The notes: a model not told the origin generated them from the letters alone. DNA of 64,000 nt from Peptococcia bacterium (GCA_050951565.1 JBMNJH010000008.1:11111-75110); one strand, 5' to 3'. Shown: positions 35,660-45,645, numbered from the stretch's first letter. Translations and numbers: made by a program.

Positions 35660-36880
35660 ATGAAAAGGACTGTTCTATTAGCCGACATGAATGCCTTTTA
35701 CGCCAGTGTAACACAGGTGTTGGAGCCGGAACTGAAGGGCAAGCCGCTGCTTATCGCGGGGGACCCGGAAAAACGCCACGGGATTATCCTTACGGCCAGC
35801 TACGAAGCAAAAAAAAGGGGCGTGAAAACCGGTATGCCCATCTGGGAAGCCAAGATGCATTGTCCCCAAGCGATTTTACGTCCCCCCAACTTCGCTGCCT
35901 TCATGGACTTTTCCAACCGGGTTTTCGCCATTTTGCGCGATTTCAGCCCGCTGGTGGAACCCTTCAGCATTGACGAAGCCTTTGTGGAACTAACCGGCAC
36001 AGAAAAGCTTTGGGGCAGCCCCCTGCAAGCAGCGCAAGCTATTAAAAAACGGATTAAGGAGGAGGTGGGGATCCTTTGTTCGGTGGGGATCGGCCCTTCC
36101 AAAGTCGTCGCCAAAATGGCGGCCGGTTTGCAAAAACCCGACGGTCTTACCTTGCTTACCGAAGCCGACATCCCTCGCCGTCTCTGGCCCCTCCCCATCG
36201 GGGAACTCTTTGGGGTAGGCAAAAGAATGGAACAACACCTGCTGAACATGGGCATCCGGACCATCGGGGATTTGGCGCAGACTCCGCCCAAACTTCTCCG
36301 GCAGCGTTTTGGGGTGGTCGGAGTCACTTTACGGGAATTGGCCCGGGGGCAGGACAGCAGCCCGGTCAACCCCTCCTCCCTTGACACCGTGAAAAGTGTC
36401 GGCCACCAAATCACCCTGCCTAAAGATTACTCCCTGCTTAAGGAAATTAAGGTGGTCCTGCTGGAACTGGCGGAAGCCGTAAGCCGGAGAGCCCGACTGG
36501 GTAATTACCTGGGGAAAACGGTCTCCCTTTCGGTGAGAGGAAGCGATTTTTCAGGAATCCACCGCTCCCTGACCCTCAAGGAAGCCACCGCCTATCCCTC
36601 GGTCATCTACGAAACCGCCCTGAAGCTCTTTCAACAGCATTGGCCCCAAGAGCTCCCGGTCCGTCTGCTCGGGGTCTCTTTAGGCAACCTGGTCCGCGCC
36701 GAGGGCCAACAATTATCCCTTTTTGAACCGGAGCCACAGCTTTACCAGGCGATCGACCGGATTAAAAACAAATTCGGCGAAAAAAGCCTGCTCCGCGGCA
36801 GTTTTCTCTTGGAAGAAGGGGTTTTTTATGAAGCAGGAAAAAAACAAGATGTGGGAAGGTCACCGCATTATCTATCCTAA
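35660..36880 (+). CDS. dinB: DNA polymerase IV (Y-family)
   Basis: Start moved to MKRTVLLADMNAFYASV, the canonical DinB N-terminus. SIDEAF motif and the little-finger region are present. The track ORF start at 35444 would include the promoter. Confidence 0.9.
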   Translation: MKRTVLLADMNAFYASVTQVLEPELKGKPLLIAGDPEKRHGIILTASYEAKKRGVKTGMPIWEAKMHCPQAILRPPNFAAFMDFSNRVFAILRDFSPLVEPFSIDEAFVELTGTEKLWGSPLQAAQAIKKRIKEEVGILCSVGIGPSKVVAKMAAGLQKPDGLTLLTEADIPRRLWPLPIGELFGVGKRMEQHLLNMGIRTIGDLAQTPPKLLRQRFGVVGVTLRELARGQDSSPVNPSSLDTVKSVGHQITLPKDYSLLKEIKVVLLELAEAVSRRARLGNYLGKTVSLSVRGSDFSGIHRSLTLKEATAYPSVIYETALKLFQQHWPQELPVRLLGVSLGNLVRAEGQQLSLFEPEPQLYQAIDRIKNKFGEKSLLRGSFLLEEGVFYEAGKKQDVGRSPHYLS

Positions 36881-37142
36881 TTTGCGGGAAAGATTCCTGC
36901 AAAGCAAAAACGAGCCTTTCCCCAGACCCTATTGGGATGAACAAAGGCTCGAATACCTGGAAAGCGTCCTGGCCCAAGCATTAAATAATTCCCTAATGGT
37001 TAAGCTCACTCTTTGGCACGTGGACGGCCCAAGAGAAAAAGAAATTATTCCCATTCAACAAAGAGGCCGGTTTCTGGAGGCTTTAGACCAACAGGGGCAG
37101 CGCCTGTATATCCGCCTGGCCGATATCCTGGACATTAATTAG
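36828..37142 (+). CDS. YolD-like protein
   Basis: About 104 aa from MKQEKNKMWEGHRII. Overlaps the dinB end by 53 nt. Size, position after a Y-family polymerase and the C-terminal pattern fit the YolD-like family. Confidence 0.55.
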   Translation: MKQEKNKMWEGHRIIYPNLRERFLQSKNEPFPRPYWDEQRLEYLESVLAQALNNSLMVKLTLWHVDGPREKEIIPIQQRGRFLEALDQQGQRLYIRLADILDIN

Positions 37143-37210
37143 ACTAATCTCATATGATAAAACGACCAAAGAATTTTTAGCCCAACTGAGAGTAAAGGAG
37201 GATATGAAAA

Positions 37211-37396
37211 ATGAACGGATGGATTTGGTCGGCCCGTAACCCACTTAACGCGGGAAAGGCCTGCAAAGCCCCTTTAAAAGAACAATGGATCTTCTGTTAC
37301 AGCAAAAAGAGCAAGCCAAAAACGGCCCAAAACGCACCGGAGCAACAATTCACCGAACAGGACAACACAGAGCCAACGCAGGAAATAACAGATTAA
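37211..37396 (+). CDS. Possible small hydrophilic protein (61 aa)
   Basis: AAGGAGG lies 10 nt upstream of the ATG. There is no homology clue and the composition is low complexity. Confidence 0.3.
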   Translation: MNGWIWSARNPLNAGKACKAPLKEQWIFCYSKKSKPKTAQNAPEQQFTEQDNTEPTQEITD

Positions 37397-37525
37397 GGCA
37401 CAACCAAAGCAGGGCAAAACAGAGTACAAGACCAATACAACAAAGATGAGCATGAAGACAAAAGGGAAAGCTGGAACAACCAGCGGAGAAGAATAAGAAA
37501 AAGCGGGAATAATAAGCAGGACATC

Positions 37526-37558
37526 TAGTGGCGCGGAAAAAGCAAAACCGCGCCACTA
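37526..37558. other. Perfect 11-bp stem hairpin (TAGTGGCGCGG-A5GCA4-CCGCGCCACTA) without a U-tract
   Basis: Read directly. It lies at the end of a purine-rich non-coding stretch upstream of the rhomboid gene. Confidence 0.6.
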
Positions 37559-37658
37559 ATGAAAATAGGCATTAAAAAAGTACTCTTCCTGTGATATCAT
37601 GGAGTTAATTTAAAACCGACTTGACCTGACGTCAAGACGAGGAAAAGATTAAACCGAG

Positions 37659-38345
37659 GTGAAAAATTTGATTCCTTTGCGCGATAGCACCTATTCCCAT
37701 AGCTTTCCCATCGTGACCATCAGTATCATTGTTGTTAACTTATTCATCTTTTTTTTGCAAATAACCAGCCCTTACGCGTTTACAGAGCAGTTAATCTACA
37801 ATTATGCCTTTTTTCCTTCTGTACTTACGGAACGCTTGCAAACATATTCGGTCTTCGGACTTTTTTATCTTCCGTTAATAAGCTCCATCTTTTTGCACGG
37901 GGGCTGGTTTCATGTGCTTTTTAACATGCTTTACCTCTGGATTTTTGGGGATAACATCGAGGATCGCTTGGGACACCTGCGTTTTCTCCTTTTCTACCTG
38001 GCCATGGGGGCGGGCGCCAATCTGATTTACTACATGACCGCGGCCCATTCGACCATCCCTTTAATCGGAGCCAGCGGCGCGATTGCCGGCATGTTGGGAG
38101 CCTATATTATCACATTCCCGCGGGCCAAAATCACTACCCTCATTATTATCTTTATTTTTATCACGATTCGTAAAATCCCGGCCGTGTATTTCCTGCTCTT
38201 CTGGTTTCTGATCCAGGTCTTTAACGCCAGCACCAACGCCGGTTTAACCGATAGCTCGGTGGCCTGGTGGGCGCATATCGGCGGTTTTCTACTGGGCTTT
38301 TTATGCATGCCCCTGCTCTCCAGGAAAAACCAATCGCTCGTCTGA
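37659..38345 (+). CDS. Rhomboid family intramembrane serine protease
   Basis: HGGWFHVLFNMLYLWIFG and catalytic GASGAIAGMLGAY motifs, plus a late HIGGFLLG. Confidence 0.88.
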   Translation: MKNLIPLRDSTYSHSFPIVTISIIVVNLFIFFLQITSPYAFTEQLIYNYAFFPSVLTERLQTYSVFGLFYLPLISSIFLHGGWFHVLFNMLYLWIFGDNIEDRLGHLRFLLFYLAMGAGANLIYYMTAAHSTIPLIGASGAIAGMLGAYIITFPRAKITTLIIIFIFITIRKIPAVYFLLFWFLIQVFNASTNAGLTDSSVAWWAHIGGFLLGFLCMPLLSRKNQSLV

Positions 38346-38389
38346 TGGCGAGCGATTTTTAAATCTCCCAGCTATGTAATTCACAGGTT

Positions 38390-39013
38390 CTAGCAATCAA
38401 TCCCTTTGCGGGCAGGTACCCCTTGGGTGTAATAATGCTTTACCTCGCGCATTTCAGTTACCAGGTCTGCTTTCGCCAGCAATTCCGGAGGAGCTCCCCG
38501 GCCGGTGAAGACCAGTTCCACCTGTTCACCCTTCGCCGCAAGCAGTTCCTCTACTTGGGGCCAGGTAACCAGTTCAAAATGTAAAGCGACATTTAACTCA
38601 TCAAGAATAACCACATCGTATTGCTTCCCGCTGACCGCCGCTTGGGCCCGCGCCAACCCTCCGGCGATTTGTTCTAAATATTCCCGGGGCGGCTGCCCCG
38701 GCGGGAAAACCACCGCTTGTTTCTTCCATTTTTCCAATTCCTCTTGGGGCATACTGCCTTCTTTAATCACAAAAAAAGGTTCGCCAACACATTCTAAGGT
38801 TAAATTTGGCGAAATGGTGGAAAGAACTTTATGTTCGCTATATACGGGGGTTTTCATAAACTGGAAAAACATGACCCGTTTTCCGGCGCCTAAAGCCCGG
38901 ACAGCCAGCCCAATGGCCGCCGTGGTCTTTCCTTTGCCGTTTCCTGTGTATACATGGATTAATCCTTGACCTGACACGCTGCTCCTCTCCTTTGCTGCAT
39001 AAGTTTTTACCAC
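38390..39013 (-). CDS. cobO: Cob(I)yrinic acid a,c-diamide adenosyltransferase (CobA/CobO/BtuR type)
   Basis: IHVYTGNGKGKTTAAIGLAVRALGAGKRV, ILDELN, and C-terminal KHYY..GV.ARKGID. Confidence 0.85.
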   Translation of the reverse strand: MVKTYAAKERSSVSGQGLIHVYTGNGKGKTTAAIGLAVRALGAGKRVMFFQFMKTPVYSEHKVLSTISPNLTLECVGEPFFVIKEGSMPQEELEKWKKQAVVFPPGQPPREYLEQIAGGLARAQAAVSGKQYDVVILDELNVALHFELVTWPQVEELLAAKGEQVELVFTGRGAPPELLAKADLVTEMREVKHYYTQGVPARKGIDC

Positions 39014-39082
39014 TCCTGTGATGACTACATCGAAGACTCCTACCGTTATTATACTACAAAAAGATTTTCTGTTTTTAGTTTT

Positions 39083-39727
39083 CTAAGAGGTCCCCGTCTC
39101 CATCAGCTTGGCGCTATCTTCCTTATGCACTCCTAAAAGGGGCGTCTTTTCTAATTTTTTCCCCTCGTCCATTATCTCCATCTGATGGCAAATATATTCT
39201 AAATTGTAAAAGGCCAAATCCATATTATGATCCAGCTCTAACGCATTCATAAAATACTGGGCTGCCAATTGCAAACAGCATTCTCCTTCTTCCTTCTTCT
39301 TTTTCTTAAGCAAATTCATGCCCAGTTCACTATAGGCCAAACCCAAATTAAAATGGCTTTCCGAGCGGTCGGGATCAAGAAGAATCGCTGCCTGGAAAAT
39401 CCAAATCGCCTTTTCCAGCTTGTTCGCGCTAGCGCTTTCCACTCCATCGAAGATTAATTCATCCACAATGAAGGGATTATACCGTTTCAGCCAATAAATG
39501 TACGCTGGCACTTGAACGTGATCCGGCTGATGTCCCATTACATAAATCATTGCCCCAGCAACAGCTTTCCAAAAAGGCTCACCTTTTAACCCTTTGTTGA
39601 TCGCCTCGAGAAAAACAGGATAAGTGAAATTACAGCCCATTTCCACTGGAGCATTGGACTGGTAGGGAAGTAAAACGTGAATAATTTCGTACTGCCATGA
39701 ATCGTTCCACGGATAATAGTCTTTCAT
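39083..39727 (-). CDS. Hypothetical protein with TPR-like helical repeats
   Basis: 214 aa. SD AAAGGGGGGA. Contains AIWIFQAAILLDPDRSESHFNLGLAY. Confidence 0.55.
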   Translation of the reverse strand: MKDYYPWNDSWQYEIIHVLLPYQSNAPVEMGCNFTYPVFLEAINKGLKGEPFWKAVAGAMIYVMGHQPDHVQVPAYIYWLKRYNPFIVDELIFDGVESASANKLEKAIWIFQAAILLDPDRSESHFNLGLAYSELGMNLLKKKKKEEGECCLQLAAQYFMNALELDHNMDLAFYNLEYICHQMEIMDEGKKLEKTPLLGVHKEDSAKLMETGTS

Positions 39728-39992
39728 CTTCCCGTCCCCCCTTTTTAATTATGTAAGAAACACTTGGACCATTGGCAACCAAACATTTGACCAAAATTTC
39801 CTGCAATTTAAAACTTTCTTTCTTCTTAAGACACACTTCACCTACCATTACCACATCTTTACTATAAGTATTCGCCATCCATGCGCTATTTCCTTTTTTT
39901 CTCCGGGCTTTTTTCCGAAAAATTCTTTCAACTTTGCCAGAAAAATATCCTGCTTTTTTCCCAATAAAATGCACAATATAACGGCCTCATTA

Positions 39993-40028
39993 AAAGGGGA
40001 AGATCAACTTAAGGCTGATTTCCCCTTT
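39993..40028 (-). terminator. Symmetric Rho-independent terminator after cysK
   Basis: AAAAGGGGAA-(loop)-TTCCCCTTTTT. Confidence 0.7.
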
Positions 40029-40044
40029 TTAATGCAAAAACGTA

Positions 40045-40974
40045 TCATAACTTAAATAATTCTGTGCTTAAATAGCGCTCACCCGTATCCGGCAAGAGAA
40101 CCACAACCATTTTGTCCCTGTTTTCCTCACGTCGCGCTATTTCCAGCGCCCCTTGCACCGCAGCGCCGGAAGAAATCCCTACCAACAGCCCTTCCGTCCG
40201 GGCCAAAAGCCGGCTGATGGCGAAAGCGTCTTCATCCTTTACCCTAACGATTTCATCAATCAGTTCTTTCCGTAAAATCTCCGGCACAAATCCGGCCCCA
40301 ATCCCTTGTAACTTATGTGCTCCCGGCGGCCCGCCGGAAAGAACCGGCGAACCGAAAGGTTCCACCGCCACAATTTTCACGGAGGGTTTCCTGCTCTTTA
40401 AGACCTCCGCCACCCCCGTCAGCGTCCCGCCGGTACCCACCGCGGACACAAAGAGATCAACTTGCCCCTCCGTATCCCGCCAGATTTCTTCGCCTGTGGT
40501 TGCACGGTGCATGGCGGGATTGGCCGGGTTTTGAAACTGTTGCAGGATGAGGGCGCCCTCGATTTTTTGGGCCAACTCCTCTGCTTTTTTGATGGCCCCG
40601 GTCATGCCTTCCTGCCCCGGGGTTAATACAATTTCCGCCCCCAAAGCAGCCAAAAGCTTCCTTCTTTCCATGCTCATGGTCTCCGGCATCGTCAGGATCA
40701 GCCGGTAGCCTTTCACCGCCGCCACCATCGCCAGGCCAATCCCGGTATTCCCGCTGGTGGGTTCAATCAGCACCGCCTTTTCCCCGATTAACCCTTGCTC
40801 CTCCGCTGCCTTGATCATCCCATAGCCCACCCGGTCCTTGACACTACCGGCCGGGTTAAAGTATTCCAGCTTGGCAATCAGCGGCCTCGCCAAAGCTTGT
40901 GCTCTGCTGAAATTAGCTAGCTCCACCAAGGGAGTATTCCCGATTAAATCAATTAAGTTTTTCGCAATTTTCAT
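40045..40974 (-). CDS. cysK: Cysteine synthase A (O-acetylserine sulfhydrylase)
   Basis: 309 aa. [16 protein letters not shown] (PLP lysine), [18 protein letters not shown]. Confidence 0.92.
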   Translation of the reverse strand: MKIAKNLIDLIGNTPLVELANFSRAQALARPLIAKLEYFNPAGSVKDRVGYGMIKAAEEQGLIGEKAVLIEPTSGNTGIGLAMVAAVKGYRLILTMPETMSMERRKLLAALGAEIVLTPGQEGMTGAIKKAEELAQKIEGALILQQFQNPANPAMHRATTGEEIWRDTEGQVDLFVSAVGTGGTLTGVAEVLKSRKPSVKIVAVEPFGSPVLSGGPPGAHKLQGIGAGFVPEILRKELIDEIVRVKDEDAFAISRLLARTEGLLVGISSGAAVQGALEIARREENRDKMVVVLLPDTGERYLSTELFKL

Positions 40975-40996
40975 TTTTGGCCACGCTCCCGTTTTT

Positions 40997-41020
40997 CCTG
41001 GACTATCTATCCTGGACTAT
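40997..41020. repeat. Direct repeat CCTGGACTAT x2 (period 14) in the cysK/membrane-protein divergent promoter region
   Basis: Read directly: tttttCCTGGACTATctatCCTGGACTATatatta. Confidence 0.6.
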
Positions 41021-41149
41021 ATATTATATTAAAAAACTAAAAATTGCCCTTGAGAAACGCCGGAGCAAAAGGTATACTTGAAAAAACGCCCTTACAACCT
41101 GGCAATCATCCCTTCCGCAAAAGCTGACAAATTTGAGGTGATAACTGAT

Positions 41150-42367
41150 ATGGAAGCATTGAAAAGCATCTTTGTCCTAATCGTCTTACTCTTTATGGTC
41201 AGAAAGCGTCTCCATTTAGGGCACGCTTTTCTCTTGGCCACCGGCTTATTCGGGCTGTTGCACCAAATCAGCCCTAAAGAAATGGCCCTCATCGCCCTGG
41301 AGACCGTGCTGGACTCCTCCACTTTAATTGTGTTGGGGTCCCTTTACTTAATCAGGATCATGGAAAAAATCATTAACGATACCGGTGTGCAATCCCGCTT
41401 GGTGGCCAGTATCAAAAGCCTTACCGGGAACCCCCGCGCCGCGATGATCATCCTGCCCGGCTTGATCGGTTTACTGCCCAACCCCGGCGGGGCCAGGTTC
41501 TCTGCACCCATGGTTAAAGAAGCTTCCCGTGAATTAACGATTTCGCCGGAACAAAGCGCCGCCATCAATTATTATTTCCGTCATATCTGGGAGTTTTTCC
41601 TCCCCCTTTATCCGGCCAACCTGATCGCCGCCCAAATCATCGGTGTGCCGATCAGCCAGTTTTTGTTAATGATGTTCCCTTTTACGCCGATCACGATTCT
41701 GATTGGCTTAATCCTGTTCCGCAACATCCCCGGCCTCGCCGAAGCCAGGGAAAAACCGGAGGAGAAAGAAAAAGCCTCCTCTCAACTATGGTTACACCTT
41801 AGCGAAGGGCTTCTCCCTATCCTCGCCATTTTGCTCCTCGTCATCGGCTTTAAAATCTCCATTCTGCCGTCCCTCGTAATGGTAATCGGGACAATGCTCC
41901 TCTTTTATCGCGTTGGTTTCGTCAAATGCCTGAAGATGATGAAAGAATCCCTGGCGCCCGGCATTTTTTACATGACCTTTGCTGCCATCTACCTCAGTGA
42001 GGTCCTGCAAAAAAGCGGCAGCATCGAAGCGCTGCTTTCCTCAGTGGTCGCCAGTGGGCTCAATCCGCTCCTCATTACGATTTTCTTTCCCTTCCTCATC
42101 GGCTTGTTTAGCGGTATAACCCTGCCCGGCATTACCATCGCGCTGCCGATTATCCTTACCATAGCCGGGCCGGAGCAAACCCTCACCCTGGCCTGCCTGG
42201 CTTTTATGAGCAATTATGTCGGCGTAATGCTTTCGCCGACCCACCTTTGTTTGCTAATGTCCACGGAATATTTTGGCGCCAATCTGGCGCGCACGTACCG
42301 GTATTTATATCTTCCGGAAACAACCTTACTGGTTTTCAGTTTGCTCTATGCCTTTTGCCTCTTTTAA
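41150..42367 (+). CDS. Polytopic membrane protein (possibly DUF401 / ion-transporter superfamily)
   Basis: Start moved to MEALKSIFVLIV after GAGGTGA. At least 10 hydrophobic helices. LPGLIGLLPNPGGARFSAPMV resembles DUF401 as recalled. Confidence 0.55.
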   Translation: MEALKSIFVLIVLLFMVRKRLHLGHAFLLATGLFGLLHQISPKEMALIALETVLDSSTLIVLGSLYLIRIMEKIINDTGVQSRLVASIKSLTGNPRAAMIILPGLIGLLPNPGGARFSAPMVKEASRELTISPEQSAAINYYFRHIWEFFLPLYPANLIAAQIIGVPISQFLLMMFPFTPITILIGLILFRNIPGLAEAREKPEEKEKASSQLWLHLSEGLLPILAILLLVIGFKISILPSLVMVIGTMLLFYRVGFVKCLKMMKESLAPGIFYMTFAAIYLSEVLQKSGSIEALLSSVVASGLNPLLITIFFPFLIGLFSGITLPGITIALPIILTIAGPEQTLTLACLAFMSNYVGVMLSPTHLCLLMSTEYFGANLARTYRYLYLPETTLLVFSLLYAFCLF

Positions 42368-43062
42368 CGGTCAGAAACGGGGCTTTCCAGGGAAAGCACT
42401 TCCAACAGGGCGTTTTCCGCACTTTCAATATGTTCCCGGGCGGCCTGTTTCGCTGCTTCAACATTACGGGCGGCAATGGCCTCCACTATTTTCCGGTGCT
42501 CCGCCAAAGCAAACTTCAGCCGGCCTGGCGCCGTCAAACTTTTGGTCCTGATACGCTGGACCTGGTCGCGCAGTTCTTTCAACATGTTTTGCAAACGCTT
42601 GTTTTTAGCGGCCTGATAGATCAACTCATGAAAGCGCGTGTCCACGTCAATGGTTTTGACTAAATCGCTGCTCTCGTAATGAGCCGCCTCCAGCACCAGA
42701 TTCCTTTCCATTTCTTCGATTTCTTCCGGAGTGGCTCTCGCTGCGGCCAGCCCCGCCGCTAATGCTTCCAAGGCGCCGCGCATTTCAAATACATTGCAAA
42801 AATCCTTGATGGATAAGCCCGCCACATAGGCTCCTTTACGCGGAACCAGCACTATATAGCCCTCCTGTTCCAGTTTCCGGAGGGCCTCCCGCACCGGAGT
42901 GCGGCTTACGCCCATTTCTTCCGCCAATTCTTGTTCCATCAGCCTTTCGCCGGGCTTTAACACTTGCTGAAGAATCGCCTCGCGCAAGGTGTTATAGACC
43001 ACTTTGCCCAAAGGCTGGTAATTGTCCAGTTCGATCCGTAAGTTTTTCTTTTCCATCATCAT
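42364..43062 (-). CDS. GntR family transcriptional regulator (FadR/FCD C-terminal type)
   Basis: HTH LMEQELAEEMGVSRTPVREALRKLEQEGY. Helical C-terminal domain with H..I. Start chosen at MMMEKK after CAGGAG. Confidence 0.85.
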   Translation of the reverse strand: MMMEKKNLRIELDNYQPLGKVVYNTLREAILQQVLKPGERLMEQELAEEMGVSRTPVREALRKLEQEGYIVLVPRKGAYVAGLSIKDFCNVFEMRGALEALAAGLAAARATPEEIEEMERNLVLEAAHYESSDLVKTIDVDTRFHELIYQAAKNKRLQNMLKELRDQVQRIRTKSLTAPGRLKFALAEHRKIVEAIAARNVEAAKQAAREHIESAENALLEVLSLESPVSDR

Positions 43063-43113
43063 CCTGGCTCCTGTCTTGTTCAAGCTTTCCCTAATCAGTG
43101 CCCAAGCTTATAG

Positions 43114-44613
43114 CTATACCGTAGAAAGTCCAGTGAATTCCTGGAAAAGGTAGAGGAATTTCTTCCAGCCTGATGTTTCCCGGTATTCTTCAAAGTCTAC
43201 GGTATAAAACGCATCTTCGTTACTCCATATTTTGGTAAAGTAGTTTTCCACATCCTTCACGATTTTACTGTCATTGGTCGCCATGATCTTGAGATCCGTT
43301 TCCAAATTGTAGTCGGCGAGGTTCCTTCTCGTCAAATTCGCGGAACCGCCAAAAATCACACTATGGGCGCGTCCTTTCAGGAATACTAATTTGGCATGGT
43401 ATTGCTCCCCATGGGTCTTGTACCATCGAATCTTGATTTTCCCCTGGGACTTTTCATGGAGTTCATTGGCTACCGGTTTATTGGGAATCCCGTTTTTCTC
43501 CAGCCCAAAGGCATCTTTATTGGCATCCAGGACCAGGCGGACCTCCACCCCACGTTCCGCGGCTTGCAGCAACCGGTGGATGACGGAACGGTCCGACAGG
43601 TAAAACATCCCGATCCAGATCTGGTCACCTGCGCCGAGCGCATCCAACTCGTTCAGCAGGTGCTTTTTTATTTTCCCCTCGGTCAGAAGGCAAACCGTCA
43701 CATTGGAGGGAGCCACATTCTCCCCGGAGGCCGGGTTTTCCGCAAGGGCGGTTTGCACCGGCTCTTTTAAAAGGGCATACATTTCGGCCACCTGTTCTTC
43801 TTCCCTGACCTGATAATCGATGGCCAACTCCTGCTTGCTCATTGCTGCGACCGCCCCTTCCGAAACCAGAAGGTCCTCAATAATCTTTCCTTCGACCACA
43901 AAAGCGATATTGGAATGATAAGCGCTGGCATCATGGGGATTAGCGGAAGAAATCAGCGCTTTTTGCTCGGTAACCAGCACCTTGCGGTGATTAGCTTTAA
44001 AATTCAGCATCTTCAGATAGGAACGCAGGGTCACCTTGGGCCCCTCTTTCCCGAAAATATTCGGAAGCCAGCCCTTCCCTTCCGTGCCCCACCAACGAAA
44101 AAGGGTATTCCAGATCCCCGAATAGAGCGGATTGGAGTCTCTTAAGGAGTTTAAGTCGGTGAAAATGACCGTAATGTCGTTTTCTTGCATCAAGCGGAAA
44201 TTTTCCGGCACATAAGAACCATAAAAATTATTGATCTCGTCCGTTATTACCACGATGTCAACAGCCGGGTTCTTTTGCTTTTTCTCCACCAAATGTTGGG
44301 TTAAAGTATCCGTAAGTGCCGGATAGTCTGCTTCCGGCTGGGTGTGCAATTTATTAAACAAAAACATGTCGAGGACGATAAATTCCTGGGCCTGGTCCAT
44401 AATCTCCAAAACTTTCGCAAAAATGTTTTGCTGGTGGACAATCATCCCATCCTGTTCGTAGGTTAAGTCGTAAAGAAACTCCACCCGCGAATTATGATAC
44501 GGTTGACCGTCCAAAGTCAAGCCTTCTTCCAAGGGTTTGTAAATGCCGTATATCGCCACGATAACAATTACTCCCAAAAGAGCCCACAGAATGAACCTGA
44601 GCAATTTTTTCAC
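43114..44613 (-). CDS. Phospholipase D family protein (two HKD motifs), N-terminal TM anchor
   Basis: HRKVLVTEQKALISSANP and HAKLVFLKGRAHSVIFGGSANLT. N-terminal LRFILWALLGVIVIVAIY. Confidence 0.85.
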   Translation of the reverse strand: MKKLLRFILWALLGVIVIVAIYGIYKPLEEGLTLDGQPYHNSRVEFLYDLTYEQDGMIVHQQNIFAKVLEIMDQAQEFIVLDMFLFNKLHTQPEADYPALTDTLTQHLVEKKQKNPAVDIVVITDEINNFYGSYVPENFRLMQENDITVIFTDLNSLRDSNPLYSGIWNTLFRWWGTEGKGWLPNIFGKEGPKVTLRSYLKMLNFKANHRKVLVTEQKALISSANPHDASAYHSNIAFVVEGKIIEDLLVSEGAVAAMSKQELAIDYQVREEEQVAEMYALLKEPVQTALAENPASGENVAPSNVTVCLLTEGKIKKHLLNELDALGAGDQIWIGMFYLSDRSVIHRLLQAAERGVEVRLVLDANKDAFGLEKNGIPNKPVANELHEKSQGKIKIRWYKTHGEQYHAKLVFLKGRAHSVIFGGSANLTRRNLADYNLETDLKIMATNDSKIVKDVENYFTKIWSNEDAFYTVDFEEYRETSGWKKFLYLFQEFTGLSTV

Positions 44614-44661
44614 CAAAACCCCCTCCAGAAGTAGATGGCATTTTCATTATTATACCACAAA

Positions 44662-45645
44662 CTATCGGCGGCGGGTAATTCCCCTCAGAAACAGGACGTT
44701 TACGCCTACCAGCACTAAGAACAGCCCCAAAAGGTCCAAACCGTCCCGCAAAGCGTTTAACTGGGGAAAAAGCACCAGCAATAGGAGCGCCCCGAGCAAC
44801 TGGAGCAGCAAAAACAGCCCCATGATTTTTGTTCGCCACCCCAACTGCCCCGCGCTTTTATTCAGTTTAGAACCAAATTGCCCGGCGCTTCTCCCCTGTT
44901 CGGCCCCAGGCTGCCCGGCGCTATTGGCCTGTTGTGATGCAGACGGCCAGGCTATTTTCCCCTTCACTTTAAACACCGGGCGCCCTTCCCTTGCCCTTGC
45001 CCCCCGCTCTGGGGCCCGCAAGGCGGAACCGCTTAATTGGAAGGGCTTTTCCTTCGGCCCCCTTAAGGTTTCTTTTTTGCGCACCGCAAAGTAGACCTCT
45101 TCAAGCCGTTCCCGGAAATCCTTCAGTTGAAAATCCTGGTCCTGGCATAAAGAAAGGAGTTCCGGCGGCAGGTCGCTCCGGTACTGGAAAAGGGTCGACA
45201 ATAAATGACGAAAGTTTTTATTCACATCATCGGAATAAACAAAACCGGAAAGGTCCTTTAAGGGGACATAGATTAAAGACACCCCATCACAGGACAAATC
45301 AAGATAAATATATTCCGGCTTGAGCAAAAAATGGGCCGGGTGCAATAACAAATTTTTGCTCTCCAGTAAGACTGTAAGCAACTGGTCCAGGATTTCCACA
45401 ATTTTGGAGGTCTGAACCTTTTCATCCTGCAAATATTGTTCCAGAGGCACCCTGGAATCCAACTGATAGCGCAATTTTACCCCGTTATTGTCCCTTTGCG
45501 CCGTAAAAGGAATAAGCCCCGGATGAGGGTTTTGGCTAATCATCTCCACTTGAAAAGCGATTAACTTTGCCGCCTCCGGGCAACGCAACACCAAATAATT
45601 ACGAAAGCCTTCCTGGATATAGTCCAGGGTCTCGTCTTGCGCCAT
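44662..45645 (-). CDS. Hypothetical membrane-anchored protein, last gene of the Tad locus
   Basis: 327 aa. SD AAAGGAGG. C-terminal TM MGLFLLLQLLGALLLLVLF preceded by SAGQ(P/F/L)G repeats. Confidence 0.55.
   Translation of the reverse strand: MAQDETLDYIQEGFRNYLVLRCPEAAKLIAFQVEMISQNPHPGLIPFTAQRDNNGVKLRYQLDSRVPLEQYLQDEKVQTSKIVEILDQLLTVLLESKNLLLHPAHFLLKPEYIYLDLSCDGVSLIYVPLKDLSGFVYSDDVNKNFRHLLSTLFQYRSDLPPELLSLCQDQDFQLKDFRERLEEVYFAVRKKETLRGPKEKPFQLSGSALRAPERGARAREGRPVFKVKGKIAWPSASQQANSAGQPGAEQGRSAGQFGSKLNKSAGQLGWRTKIMGLFLLLQLLGALLLLVLFPQLNALRDGLDLLGLFLVLVGVNVLFLRGITRRR

Noticed and set aside
37350-37556. Track ORF 37350..37556 (-), Cys/Phe/Leu-rich, 68 aa
   Set aside because: It is the antisense reading of the purine-rich stretch, with no SD and an implausible composition.
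39630-39974. Track ORF 39630..39974 (-), 114 aa, overlapping the TPR-like gene by 98 nt
   Set aside because: There is no convincing SD, the composition is basic low complexity, and it overlaps a gene with a strong SD. A programmed frameshift was considered, but no slippery site was seen. I treat it as non-coding upstream region.
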